Assembly: GCF_963921235.1 (NCBI RefSeq)
Contig: NC_086109.1
Span: 19,594,001 to 19,658,000, forward strand
DNA from: Mobula hypostoma
Taxonomy: Eukaryota
DNA: 64,000 nucleotides
Reading direction: 5' to 3'
This document shows positions 24,853-36,804 of the stretch, piece after piece. The notes under the pieces are model-generated. The model had not been told where the DNA came from. It made no database searches and saw nothing but the letters and a program-made list of their open reading frames with translations. Made by a program: the position numbers and the translations under genes. Positions within the stretch are counted from its first letter, which is position 1. Each line of letters opens with the position of its first letter.

Positions 24853-25325
24853 AACATCATCAGGTGCCATGCCCAGTTTGAGCTTTGACTGCCATGGCCC
24901 ACACACTCCTGTTTCGGGTCAAGTGGATCAATTCATTGGTATTCATTTCCAGTTCTCTGGCTGCTGTCTCCATCATCATTTGTCTTTGCCTTCCTTTTGC
25001 TTTCTTCCCTTCAATCTTTCCCATAATTACCGTGCATTCTAACTCCTCTTTCCTAATCACATGTCCAATGAAGCTATGTTGCCTTTTCATGATCTCATAC
25101 ATTTTTTCTCTTTTTGTGCTTGCTCTGTTCATGACATCCTCTTTAGAAATTTGTTTTGTCAATGATATTCTTTGCATCCTCCTCAGAAACCACATCTCTG
25201 CTGCTTCAATTCCTTTCCTCCTGTTACTAGATATTGTCAACATTCTGATCCATATAACATAACTGGATAAACGTAACATTTCAATACTCTGAGGTGGGTT
25301 GTCATGCCTAGTTTAGTGTTGGTCT
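24853..25325 (-). mobile_element. RTE-clade LINE 3' end
   Basis: ORF 24860..25279 (IEAAEMWFLRRMQRIS...FIGHVIRKEELE...GKIEGKKAKGRQR), followed at once by a TGATGATG tail. Confidence 0.9.
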
Positions 25326-26159
25326 TTATCTATAGTTATCTTATAACTTGAGGAGTTGTGATCACTGTTCCCTAACTGTTTTTCTGCTGTAAGACTACTT
25401 ACTTCCAAGGCTCATTACCCAACACCAGGTCCAACAGACCCTCCTCCTGTTGAACTATCTACGTATCGATTTTTGGAACCCTGCTGGATGCTCCTAATAA
25501 ATTCTACCTTGTTGCTCTGTCTAAACCTCTTACCCTAAAGACCTCCCAGTCTATACTTGGGAAGTTGAAATCCCCCACTACAACAACCCTGTTGTTTTCC
25601 CTAATATGCCTTCATATCTGCTCCTCAATGTCTCAATGGGTGTCTAGTATAATCCCATCAGAGTGATTGCACCTTTCTTGCTTTTGAGCACTACCCATAT
25701 AGTCTCAGTGGATGAGCTTCCATTATGTCCCCTCTGAGCGTAGCTATGATATTGTCCCTGATTAATACTGCCACACTTCTCCTCCAACTTTTACCTCCAT
25801 CTCCATATGTTTGAAAACTTTGAAAACACTGGAACATTAAGCATTCATCTCTGTCCCTTTCTCAGCCAAGTCTTTGTTATGGCCGTAGTTCCAGGTACTA
25901 AACTGTGCTTTAAATTCATCACTGTTACCCATAATTAGCTTTAAAATACACACACTTCAACCCATCCTTTCCATTATGTTGATTACCTTATTCCCGCCGG
26001 TTCCTGCCTACCCCTCAATCCCTCCACTTTCTGGCGTGATGTTCTGGTTTCCATCCCCTTGCCAAACTGGTTTAAACCTGCTGCGAGTAGCAGTAGCTAA
26101 CCTCTCACTTAGGATGTTGGTTCCTTTCCAGTTAAGGCACAACCTGTCATGGTCAGTCG

Positions 26160-26670
26160 TGGTCATAACTTTCCGAGCAACCTTATAGCATTGACAAATA
26201 TCAGTTTGGAGATCTTCTATAAACAATTCCTCAGTTGCGTGCACACGCGTGGCCATTAGACATGACACTGTGCTTAAAGTGAACTGTTTTTAGATAGCAT
26301 CAGTTGCGTGTGCTTGTTTTAAAAAAGCAGTGACTTTTATCACTGATAATTGGTGAGAAATAAGTAGCAAGACAATTCAAAACTATTTTACTCAACTGTG
26401 GTTTCTGTGCTGAATTTGTATATTTCCAGTACATGAAAAGAACACGGCAGTGTACACTGGATGAATTCCTCTGTCAATAACTATTAAGAACGAATACATA
26501 GTTTTATAGTACTGAATTAGTATTAATAGTGTTCTAACTTGTTCTGTATTTCATTTAAATACATAATCTGTTGCTCAGTTAAAGTGTAGTTTGTCTTTTC
26601 TCAGAACTTTTTAACTATTTTCATGAAACTTGGCTGCTAGTTTGGGCAGCTATTTAATTGAGCCAAAAAT
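26160..26670. mobile_element. Probable non-autonomous DNA transposon fragment
   Basis: AT-rich, non-coding sequence with an internal repeat (TCAGTTGCGTG twice). It resembles Tigger-like MITE interiors; no TIR pair could be confirmed. Confidence 0.35.
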
Positions 26671-26674
26671 ACGC

Positions 26675-26757
<83 letters not shown>

Positions 26758-26842
26758 TGTGTGTGTGTGTGTGAGGGAGAGAGAGAGAGTGTGTGTGTGT
26801 GTGTGTGTGAGGAGAGAGTGTGTGTGTGTGTGTGTGTGAGGG

Positions 26843-26879
<37 letters not shown>

Positions 26880-26902
26880 GGGAGAAAGAGAGAGAGAGAG
26901 AG

Positions 26903-26934
<32 letters not shown>

Positions 26935-26964
26935 GGAGAGAGTGTGTGTGTGTGTGTGTGTGTG
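26675..26964. repeat. Compound (GT)n/(GA)n microsatellite, about 290 bp
   Basis: Alternating GT and GA blocks read directly from the sequence. Confidence 0.98.
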
Positions 26965-27379
26965 CGCTCCCATTTGCCTAATGCAAACATGTTTAAGCAA
27001 CTCTAGGTACCAAATATCCCATGTTTAACATAAAACTCTGACAAAACTGTTTTAAAATATGCATGTATTCCAGCATAGTTGTTCCAGGCAGCCATCTGTT
27101 GTCTCAAGTAGAAACCACTCATGGGAAGCTGAACTTTTCCAAATTTAGGGGTATAAACATATGACAGATTAGAATAAATCTAATAAAGAATTCAATTCTA
27201 ATAAGAAGCCAATTTTGTAACAGAATCAGAAAAATGCAAAGCAGGTTTGCAATCAGAAGTAGGTAAAGTGATAAGGAGTGAGGGGAAGCTGGAGGTTGAA
27301 AGGATGCACCAATGGCATGAGATAAAGTACAAATGAGGGTGCTAGCATGGGGTATAATGAGACTAGTTGGGATGGACGG

Positions 27380-28400
27380 CTGTACACTCACTCAACTAAG
27401 CTATCATTGGACATGGAGGAGCCTTTGACTTCATCTCATCCATTTCCCACCCTAATGCTCTGAGCCCCGCTCCTCCTGGACAAAGTAAAAGTGAAGCTCC
27501 CCCTTCCTTATATTACAGCCACCACCCCCTACATCAACAGTCCATTTGCAGATTCTGCCAACTCCAACAAGATTCCACCACTGGGCACACACTTCCTTCT
27601 GCTTTCAAAATTTTGAGAAGATCACACCCTTCAGAACTCCCTAGTCTGCTCTTTCATCCCCATCAACCTTTCACCATCTTAGGGGAGTTTCCCTTCCCAC
27701 TATCCAGAGACCCAACCAGTCCTTCCAAATGAATTAATAATTCTCTTGCACTACTCCCACGTTATTGGATTTGATGTTTCCAAAGTGGCCTCCTCCTCAA
27801 TTCACTTTGCAGAGCATCTGCATTCGGTCTTTAGGAGCAACCCTGAGCTTCTGGTTGCCTGAATTTAATTCACCACCGCACTGCTACTCAGACCTCTCCA
27901 CCTCCGGCCTCCTGTGACGTTATACACAACACAAGCTCCAAGAATAATACATCATCTTTCATTTGGGTGAGTTGCAGCCTGCAATACTCAATATTGAACT
28001 CTGTATGGACAAAACTGCCCAAAAACTTTTCAGATGCAAGCGTTTTGCATTTGCTTCAGGGCTGACCATTTTTGCCTGACCTCTTTTTCCTTTTATCCAT
28101 AAGGCCTGGCTTGTTTGGCATGTCCCATAAAGTCAGCCTGTACAATTTTGCACAGACTTTACAATATGAGACAAATGGAGTCAATTCTCAATTACAGAAT
28201 GCAACGGAGCTGAACAGTTCACAACAGTTGTAATATTTCATCTTCACAACGAAGTTCCATTTTCTACCTCCTTTATCCTCCCCCTCTTTCTTTACATATG
28301 TTTCTCACTTCCTGGTTTCTGATGAAGGGCCCCAGAACTGTTTCTTTTTCCATAGCTGCTAACCGACCGGCTGAGTTTTCCAAGTATTTTCTATTTCCTC
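27380..28400 (+). mobile_element. Old Penelope-like element remnant
   Basis: Colinear decayed similarity to 21690-22320 (ttctgccaactccaacaagattccaccact; gcagagcatctgcattc; ctcaatattgaact). CTGATGAAGGG remnant at 28319. Confidence 0.65.
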
Positions 28401-28734
28401 TCTATTTCAAAGCAACCTGGATGCCAACACAACCTGATCTGACCAACAATCTGCACAAGATTTGATTCAGATCTGATATATAAAAAAACAGGTGAAGGCT
28501 AGGTCACACGGTGGCAACCTTGCTCGTTATTTTATCTAGCTCAGGGTGGTGGCTTAGTATAACCAGATGTGACCTCAGCCCTTGATCAATATTTGGTTTT
28601 CCATCAAACAGATCAATAACCTATTTGAGTTATGGTTGAGCTATAATTATGGCTGATGTTTGGGTCAGATCAAGTATGAAAAATATTTGCTGAGGTCGGG
28701 TTAGATTTTAGTTTTATTCACAGGAGTCCCATAG

Positions 28735-28955
28735 GATAACAGGATGCAAGGTGTGCAGTGATGATGGCTAAATTGGCTTGGCATCGATTATAGTTGAGAG
28801 ACAAATATTGGCTTAGAGATAGAGAATTTCTCTGAATTGATGCAATGACACCTCTATCTACCTGAATGGGCAGACAGACCCATGACTTATGGTAAGTCTG
28901 CAGCTTGGCACCTCTGATCGTGCAGAATTCCCTCAGGAGTGCCAAACTCACAAGG
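28735..28955 (-). mobile_element. Deu-SINE (SacSINE/AmnSINE-like) fragment
   Basis: The minus strand reads CTGAGGGAATTCTGCACGATCAGAGGTGCC...GTCTGCCCATTCAGGTAGA...GCCAATATTTGTCTCTCAAC, matching the Deu-domain as I recall it. Further decayed copies lie near 29290-29610, 33890-34370, 37830-37970 and 46620-47110. Confidence 0.65.
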
Positions 28956-30089
28956 ATTTAACCAAAAGGCAAGAATTCTGAAGTAAGGCTGACATTCAAT
29001 TTATTATTAAATTAAAAAGCGTCATCTGTTAACCTTATACTAATACAGGAGGGAAAACAACAAGTTTTCTCATCTCTCAATAATTTAATAAAGTCTGTGT
29101 TGCATGACTAAATCTGTATGCATTATTTAGGAGCTAAACCTGAGAGCGGAATAATCTTCTGTTGATTCAAATGAATGTAACATGCACAGAAATAGAAGTG
29201 TTCAGGCTAGATTTTACAGCTCTTCAATCAGACTGAATAACTCAGGTGACCAAGGACAAATCCCCACCCTATTTTTAACTGTGCATGCTAGAAGGCCATC
29301 TGTCCCTATTCTGAGTGAAATTACTTATCGATTGTGCAATAATGGACTGTGATAAGGCATTAAGTCACAACGCCAGAGGCTAGTCCAGTGGGCAAAAACA
29401 AATCCTCCTCTACTGTTAGTAAAACAAACCATTTCTACCAATCTCTTGGCCAATATTTAACCCCCTCCCCCTCAACAAATGTCACTAAACTGAATTAGCA
29501 GTTCAACTGTCTCCTTTCCTAAACGTGATCATTTGCTGTTACAAAACTGTCGGTAAAATAACTACAACACTTTGAACATTATTCCTTGTGTGTGAAATGC
29601 TTTTAAATGCCTAGAACTGTAAATTCAAAATCAGGTTTCATATGGCCGGCATATGTTATGAAATTTGTGAACTTTACCACAGCAGTACAATGAAATGCAT
29701 GGTCAATAAATATAGAGGGATAAACTGAATTACAGTAAGTATATATCTGTCTATTAAATAGTAAGGTTAAAATAAGTAGTGCAAAAAAAACAGAAATAAA
29801 AAAGTAGTGAGATAGTGTTCAGGGGTTTCAATGTCCATTCAGAAATCAGACGGCAGAGGAAGGGAAGAAGCTGTTCCTGAATTGTTGAGTGTGTGCCTTT
29901 GGACTTCTGCACCTCGTTCCCAATGGCAACAGTGTGACGAGGGCATGCTATTCCCTTCCTTCCAAATAGTTCAACCTAAAGAAGCTAATTTTCCAACCTT
30001 GAAGTACTTATTGCTTTCTGGGAGCATATATTGGAAATTTGGTCACTGTATGTAATTTTCTGAACAAGTAATTGAAAACGATTAGATTA

Positions 30090-30380
30090 GGGCAGTTGGT
30101 AGCGTGGCGGTTAATGTAATGCTATTATCACGTCAGCAATCAGGGTTCAGTCACTCTCTGCAAGGAGTCTGCATGTTCTCCCTATCACCACGTGGGTTTC
30201 CTGGGTTTCCTCCCACAATCCAAAGATTTGCAGGTCAGAGTTAAGAAGTTGTGGGTACACTATGTTCACGCCAGTAGCATGGTGACACTCGTGGGCTACC
30301 CCCAGTACATATTCAGGCTGTGTTGGTTTTTGACGCAATTGATTCATTTTGATGTGCATGGGACAAATAAAGCTAATAAT
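30090..30380 (+). mobile_element. V-SINE (HE1-like)
   Basis: A-box TAGCGTGGCGG and V-domain GAGTCTGCATGTTCTCC...GTGGGTTTCC...GGTTTCCTCCCACAATCCAAAGA. Confidence 0.8.
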
Positions 30381-30568
30381 TAGCTCAGTAATTACAATGT
30401 TTATTAATTTCAATGATAGGATCTGAATATAATCTGAAAGCTGCCACTGCCCACTCTTTTCTTGAGTAGACCCCTTGGGAATGAGACTGATTTGCTTCCA
30501 CAGAGACAAAGGATGTCTGGCTATGAATACTTCAAGACAAAATGGCCAGAAGTCTGAAAAATGGTGTG

Positions 30569-30571
<3 letters not shown>

Positions 30572-30599
<28 letters not shown>

Positions 30600-30640
30600 A
30601 TTCTCTCTCTCTCACACACACACACACACTCTCCCTCTCT
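30572..30640. repeat. (CT)n(CA)n microsatellite
   Basis: Read directly from the sequence. Confidence 0.9.
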
Positions 30641-30909
30641 TCCTTCTTGCCTAGTTCCTCCTTCACAGCTCCGTCACTTGATCTCCCTCCATCCATCGTC
30701 TTATACACTCCCGTATTTCAAACTCCACCCTCCTCAATGCTCTCCCTCTCCCAGTGGTCTTCTGAGGCAATTGCATCAGTGAAGAAAATGAGTGTCAGTG
30801 TCCACGTAGTTTATATGGATCTATTTCTCCAGCTAGTGAAAATGAGACCGAGGGAATCTAGTCTTAATTTAAATGTGAAGAAAACTGGGAAGCAGTTTTT
30901 TTTCCATTG

Positions 30910-31400
30910 AGGGTACTTACAGCCTGTTATGCCACTGGGGTTTAGGGCAGCAATGAAGGTCCTCCATCTCATTCTGTCCTTGGTCATCTTCCCTATTGTT
31001 CCCCAGGTGTGGATCAGGGCCCTCATTTCTGCCTCTACAATATGGCGCCAAGTTGTCCTTGGTCTCCCATGTTTCATTCAGGAGTCCAATGAACTACTGT
31101 CTAGATGATAGAGTTGCCCTCTCTTATCACCACATTCTCAGTCCATCTCCAATGCTTCCTTGTGATGATTGTGGCCATATCCTCTCAATGACACTGAAGG
31201 AGTAGGGCGTGGTTGGAGATCTTTCTTGGCCAGGAAATATGGAGGATCTTCTGGAGGTTCATGTTGTGGAATGATGACAGCTTGTCAAGGTCACTCTTTG
31301 TCCCATACAAGAGTGTGGACAGAACACAGTTCTGGTACTGCTTCACCTTGACGTGGACACAACACTTAAAAGACAAATATATGCCACGATGATCATCAGT
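30910..31400 (-). mobile_element. RTE-clade LINE 3' fragment (second family)
   Basis: Peptides CVLSTLLYG...ILHISWPRKISN and GRPRTTWRHIVEAEM...DRMRWRTFIAAL. Confidence 0.85.
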
Positions 31401-31461
31401 TGAAATACAAAGGTGTTTTTTTTTAATTAGTTAAGACAGAAAAGAAATATGAAGCAATGTT

Positions 31462-31669
31462 AAACACAAGAGATTCTGCAGGTGCTGGAAATCCAGGAAC
31501 ACATACAAAATGCTGAAGGAGATCCACAGTCAGGCAGCATCTGTGGAGAGGAATAAACAGCTGACATTTCAGACCGAGACCCTTCATCAGGGTCTTGTTC
31601 TGAAACGTTGACTGTTTATTCCTCTCCATAGATGCTGCCTGACCTGATGAGTTCCTCCACTATTCTGTG
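31462..31669. mobile_element. Palindromic mini-element built from two inverted Penelope tails
   Basis: About 80-bp inverted arms (31501-31583 and 31589-31669) with a 5-nt loop centred on the hammerhead core. Confidence 0.8.
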
Positions 31670-31727
31670 AAGGAATGTTATGTATTTCAAAGTCAATAGT
31701 TCGATAGTTCCATTAATATCAGAGAAT

Positions 31728-32572
31728 ACACATAAAATTAAGATGTTTGCTGGCCTGGGCTAGCATCAGTGGCATCAGCAGTTGGTCTGCCACCTGCCCT
31801 CAGGGGAAGGAGAGATAAGGAACAATGGAGCAGCGTCTGGAGAGGTGTAATGGAGGGACGTGGGAGAGGGAGCTGTCTGGAGCGGCTCCCCCTTTGAACC
31901 CTGAACTGTTTGAAGTGATGAACAGGTGATACCCCAGCAGGGGGATAAAAAGGGGACAGGTTCGCTAAGACAGGAACACACGCCACCCGAGGTAACGAGA
32001 CCCTGGAAGCGGTGCGCCTCTCACGAGTGGGTGAGAAGCACCAGACAACGACAAGGGTGGAAAGGTACGATCAGCAGGAACCCGGTGTGTGTCCGCCTTT
32101 GCCTGGGTGCCGGGTTCACTGCAGAGGATCGACCGCATCTGGAGGAGGGGTCACAGTCGGTGACCTCAGGTGACATCACCAAGGACCCGCCCAAAAGCTG
32201 TTTGTGAGCCATCTCGCTGGTCTGTGAGTGAAGCAGTGTTCTGAATGATCAGTTGTTCCTATTCTATCTCTCTCTCCCCCCACGTTGTCCCTCGCCATGG
32301 CAACGATTACTGCGAACTGAACTGGACTGAACTTTGAGTCATTTTGAAATTTGGTCATTTACCCCCCTAGACAACGATAGAGCTTGATTGATGCTGTTAT
32401 CTTAATTCTGTGCACATGTGTGGTTATCATTGTTGAATTGTTGCATTTATTATCCTTTCGATTACTGTGTTGCTTGTTTCTTTAATAAAACTTTCTTAGT
32501 TCTAGTACTCCAGACTCCAACTGAGTGATCCCTTTCTGCTGGTTTGGCAACCCAGTTATGGGGTACGTAACA
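31728..32572 (+). mobile_element. Solo LTR-like element
   Basis: CpG-rich non-coding block of about 845 bp. TATA-like ATAAAAA near 31945, AATAAA at 32484 and a terminal GGGGTACGTAACA. It appears to interrupt a LINE 3' UTR; the left terminus and TSD are unclear. Confidence 0.6.
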
Positions 32573-35500
32573 GTATACAATATACAACCTAAAATTCTTG
32601 CTCTTCACTGACATCCACGAAAACAGAAGAGTACCCCAAAGAATGAGTGGCAGTAAAAAGGGTTAAAACCCCAATCTCCCCCTCCCATGCACATGTATCA
32701 ACCCTTCCCCCTCCCCCTCCCCTCTTATTTCAGCAAGCAGCATCAGCACCCACCAACCCACCAAGCAAGCAATAGCAAAGCCCCCAAGAGAGGCCATGAT
32801 CTGCAGTACAACAGAAACTAATCGTTCACCTGACAATTTGACGGGTCACAGGCTTTCTCTCTCTCTCTCTCTCACCCTAATAAAGGCCATTCATTTGGGA
32901 TTCATTTTCTTGCAGGCATTTACAGGAAAATTTAAAAAAACAGTAGATTTTATGAAGAATTATACGTAAAAGAGTACCGAAGCCAATCAAATTGCAAAGA
33001 AAGATAAATTGCGGAAATGATGATAATAATACTGAGAACGAGCTGTAAAAAGTCCTTAAATATGAGTCTGTAAGTTATGGAACCAACTCAGAGTTGTGGT
33101 GAGTGAAGTTATCCATTCCAGGAGCCTGATGGCTGGGTTTGAATTAGAGATTAACATGATCTGATTGCAATAGAGATGGAGGAACTGAGAAAGAAAGGCG
33201 TTTCAAGGCAGGAAAGGGGATTAGAAGAGGAGAGAAAACCTGGTGATGTGCATAATGCTGATCTCTTAATCAATATTAGAAATTGCGTACCTGGTCTGAA
33301 TCCTATTTCTACTGGCTTTGCTTACCTCACTTAGTAAAGTACTGGGATATAACATGATAACCATCCATCAAATAATGGGCATACTTTAGATAGCCACAGA
33401 AATCTTGTTTTCAGTAACTAGAAGGGGCATTTTTTGCTCAGCTTCCTTAACTCAGAGTAGACACAGGAAAAGTAATTGTTCCATTGGTCATATCAGATCT
33501 CGAACCCCAAACCAGGATGGCCTTTTGAATTTATTTGGGAAGAAATGAGATGGATTGTTGTGAGGATACTAACAATATATAATCAAATCCAATGTACCTT
33601 TAAAATAACTTGAGTACTTTCCTGATAAAGTCACAAAACTTTTTTTCTGAAATAAACCAGATGAAATTCCACAGCTTTTTCTCGTAACATTTCAGATCAC
33701 AGATTGCCTTAGGATAGAGATGAATAATTCTGTCAGGTTCAAGCAGTGTGGATCTTTGAGCTGGAACAACAAGGGGATGCTTATCTGAAGGCATCTCAGT
33801 CACATTTTTAGATGTTGTGATTTTCTAGTTTAAGCTTTTGCAAAATCAAATGTTAATTAAGAAAATCAAGGCGCTTTCCCTAAGGTTCATGAGCAGTTAC
33901 TGTTGTAACGTGGGAAACACAAAAGCCAATTTGATGCCGTAAACTTCCACGGATAGTTCAATGACTGAAAGATGCTAGAGGGACTCAACAAGCCATATTT
34001 CTGTTGAATACCTGTCCGGATGAAGGATCATGACCTCAATCGTCAACTGTCCATTTCCCTCCATAAATGTGGCCTAACCCAGCATCTAGATTGCTCTTCC
34101 AGATTCCAGCACTTGTAGCCTCCTGTGCCTCCCTTCTACAGTGAAGAGGAGATGTCCAGATAACTTACTCTTCATTGTAAGGGTAAAGATAAGAACAAGC
34201 TAGGTCACTGTGACGAACTCCTCAGCTCTGTCAAAACCACATTCCCCAAGTGCTGCTTTGGGTGTGCCAGCTTAGAGTTTCACAGTTGCCTCTCTTGGGC
34301 GAGACTTAAACCCACAACCTCCAGTTACATACAGAAGTGTGACCCGTTCACCCATGGCGTGAGTGACACCAGTGAACTGACAGAGCTGGTCGTGGAATAA
34401 AAATAGTGAGCATAATTTTCAAAAAATTCGGTGATAAAGAAAGGACAATAATAGAACAATAATTACTGTACAGTGCACTAACCCTGTCAGAAGGTTAAGT
34501 TTAGTGCAGTCTATGGAGGGGGTGTGCTGAGATTGTAGCAATGATTTTGTTAATGGTGCCAACAATGATTTGTTACTCCATAAGTAATCCTGTAAATTAA
34601 CCTGCTTCATTTCTCTCAGTCATGTGACTGGTATTCATCCAGCAGTGATGTCACTTGAGGATTAATGCCCTTGAATTCCATTCAACCAATGTGAGGATTA
34701 TGGAGTATGCCAACTTCTTTCATATTTATCAGCAGTCCAATCTAGCTACTGCAGAACATAACCCTGGTGTGAACATTTGCGGCAAGTCAGGTGTACAGAA
34801 ACACAAGAGATTCTGCAGATGCTGGAAATCCGGAGTAACAACAGACATAATGCTGGAGGATCTCAGCAGGTCAGGCAGTCTGTGTGGAAAGGAATAAACA
34901 GTTGACATCTCGTGACAAGACCTGATGAAGGCCGTGTGTTACTCATGTATACATAATGTCTTCTGGTAGTTTATCCAGAATTATTCTAAGGTACAGCAAA
35001 GAATGAGACTATTTAGACCATCACCTTGGAGAAAAAAAACTGTTTAATCAATACCAAATGCCCTGCTGATTTTTCTCCACGAAGCAATTATCTTATTTCT
35101 TTTTGAGAAGTATTCTTGAATGCACTCCTCCAATTTTTCAAATGCCAGATTTAAAGAGTGTATAAAGTTCCTACTTATCCTCTAAGGTTCTCAAGATTTT
35201 AACTCTGCTTCCTACAGTTTCCATTTTCTGTGGCTTCTCTTTTTATAACGATAATGATTAGTTTTATTTGTCACATGTATATTGAAACATGCAGTGAAAT
35301 GTATTGTTTGCATCAAATCAAATCAGTGAGGACTGTGCTAGGGCAGCCTGCAAGTGTTGTCACTCTTCCGCCACTAAAATGTTAATATAATGCTGCTGTG
35401 AAACTGTAATTTCCTTTGGGATCAATAAAATATCTATCTGTCTAACATAGCATGCCAATAACATACTAGCACAGACCCCTACATCTTTGCAATGTGGGAG

Positions 35501-36203
35501 GGAACCCAAGCACCCCGAAGAAAACCAAACTGTCACAAGGAGAATGAACAAGCACCTTAGGGGCAGGGGCAGGAACTGAACCCCAATCTTACAGCTCCTG
35601 CTGTGTTTTACTCAGTTGCTACACAGTTGTAGGTCCTAAAGCTATTTCACAGGAGAATTATCAAGGCAAAGCTTGATTCCGACCCTTACAGCTGCTACTG
35701 AAATAGCACAAGGTGTGAAGGGGAAGATTTTAAGGAGTGTTTTATGAAAGCAGTGGGGCGCACGAAGTTCAGAGAGTAGATCTGAGAATCTTGGTACTAG
35801 GCAGCTAAAGGCCATGAGTGGGGGAAATTTACTATCACAGGTTTATGAGCACAGTAATGTCTTCCATGGCATAAGAGAAAAGAGAAAAAATATTGAAGTA
35901 GATAGGAGATCGCAAATCAGTGTGAATTTATCAATCCTGCATTCTGAATGCAAGTCCAAAGCAATATCATTTGGAGAATCAACCCTATATTTCCATCTCC
36001 CACAGCTGCTCCCAATGAGACTAAACAACTGATCTGTAAGAGATAGCCCGCAAGGCACTAGAAAATGAGTCACTCTCAGTGGAATAGAACCAGGTGGATC
36101 ACTAAGCACTGGTTACGGGAAAATGATGGATAATATTTGGGCTGTGTGGATGGAGGAAGGGAGGGCTGGAAAAAGAGCAGATTATTACTGAAAGCACCCA
36201 CAC

Positions 36204-36302
36204 CTCTGAAACTCTCCCTCTTCCTTACTAGCAACCCACTGACAAGTTCTCAGCTCCAGTGCTACAAATAACCAGTCTTGTTCTTCCACATGGCGTGACT
36301 TG
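36204..36302 (-). CDS. st8sia6: Internal coding exon (99 nt, phase 2 to 2) of an ST8SIA6-like alpha-2,8-sialyltransferase
   Basis: Acceptor cctttccctgcacag, donor AG|gtgtgg. It translates as (Y)KSRHVEEQDWLFVALELRTCQWVASKEEGEFQ(R). This aligns without gaps to my recollection of the human ST8SIA6 exon SENDYLQIITDIQSCPWKRQAEEYANFR, with the same CxW-x10-R/K spacing to the exon end. Orthology versus ST8SIA5/7-type paralogues is unresolved. Confidence 0.65.
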
Positions 36303-36701
36303 CTGTGCAGGGAAAGGCCAAATCATGGCAGGGGACAGACTTTTGTTGGAGACACTGGAGGGCAGATGCAACGCTTGTCTCTTGCTGCAAATGTCACACC
36401 AAAGGAGAACCATTAATCACTGGTCTTTAAAAATATTAGCAATTCATCCCAGATAGCTATCTTATAACAGAGGCCATGGAGCTGAGAGCCCAATGACAGT
36501 CTTATGGAACTGGTATTTGTTTTGTTTCTGAATGGATTAACATCTTCTTAATAATAATCTGCAAAATTACAGTTGAACTCCCTATTGAGGATGAATATAT
36601 CATACTGTACAAAGTTATGGTGAAGCAGACTTCTTAAAGTATGACATATAAATTACTATACATCATTTTCAATATCCAAGACAATGTGTAAACGACAATA
36701 T

Positions 36702-36804
36702 GTGCTCACTACAGCAACACATATCCTAAAATTGAAATGATGCAGAGAAGATTATGCAAATGCAAATATGTGCATGGTAATATGAGAAGTGTTCTATATA
36801 TTTT
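36702..36804 (+). pseudogene. RNU6: U6 snRNA retropseudogene, full-length and degenerate
   Basis: 36702-36754 matches U6 nt 1-53 at 45/53 positions, three of the changes being CpG decay. The 3' part GAAGTGTTCTATATATTTT resembles the U6 end GAAGCGTTCCATATTTT. The ACAGAGA box is mutated to GCAGAGA. Confidence 0.85.

Larger units (their letters stand above)
21541..26150 (-). mobile_element. Old CR1 LINE remnant hosting Penelope and RTE insertions
   Basis: Tail at 21541-21565. ORF2 remnants at 22683..23039 and 23786..23968, endonuclease remnants at 25330-25960 and the ORF1 end (LCLNWKGTNILSERLATATR) at 26008-26150, all colinear. Confidence 0.75.

Noticed and set aside
26637..27028. His/Thr- and Cys/Val-rich ORFs
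   Set aside because: They are translations of the (GT)n/(GA)n microsatellite.
28104..28233. Plus-strand acceptor followed by a 42-codon frame
   Set aside because: It lies inside an old Penelope remnant and has no partner exons.
30380..30555. FWPF peptide resembling the ST8Sia GFWPF motif on the minus strand
   Set aside because: There is no sialylmotif S before it and no HHYY or VS motif after it, so it is a chance match.
33326..33803. Several minus-strand splice-like sites and a 67-aa ORF
   Set aside because: No acceptor/donor pair continues the phase-2 frame without a stop, and there is no sialyltransferase motif.
36229..36384. Alternative longer exon (KRQALHLPSS...LSVGC) using the TA|gtaagg donor
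   Set aside because: It is phase-compatible but gives an unrecognisable peptide. The 36302-36204 version has the better acceptor and the ST8Sia-like pattern.
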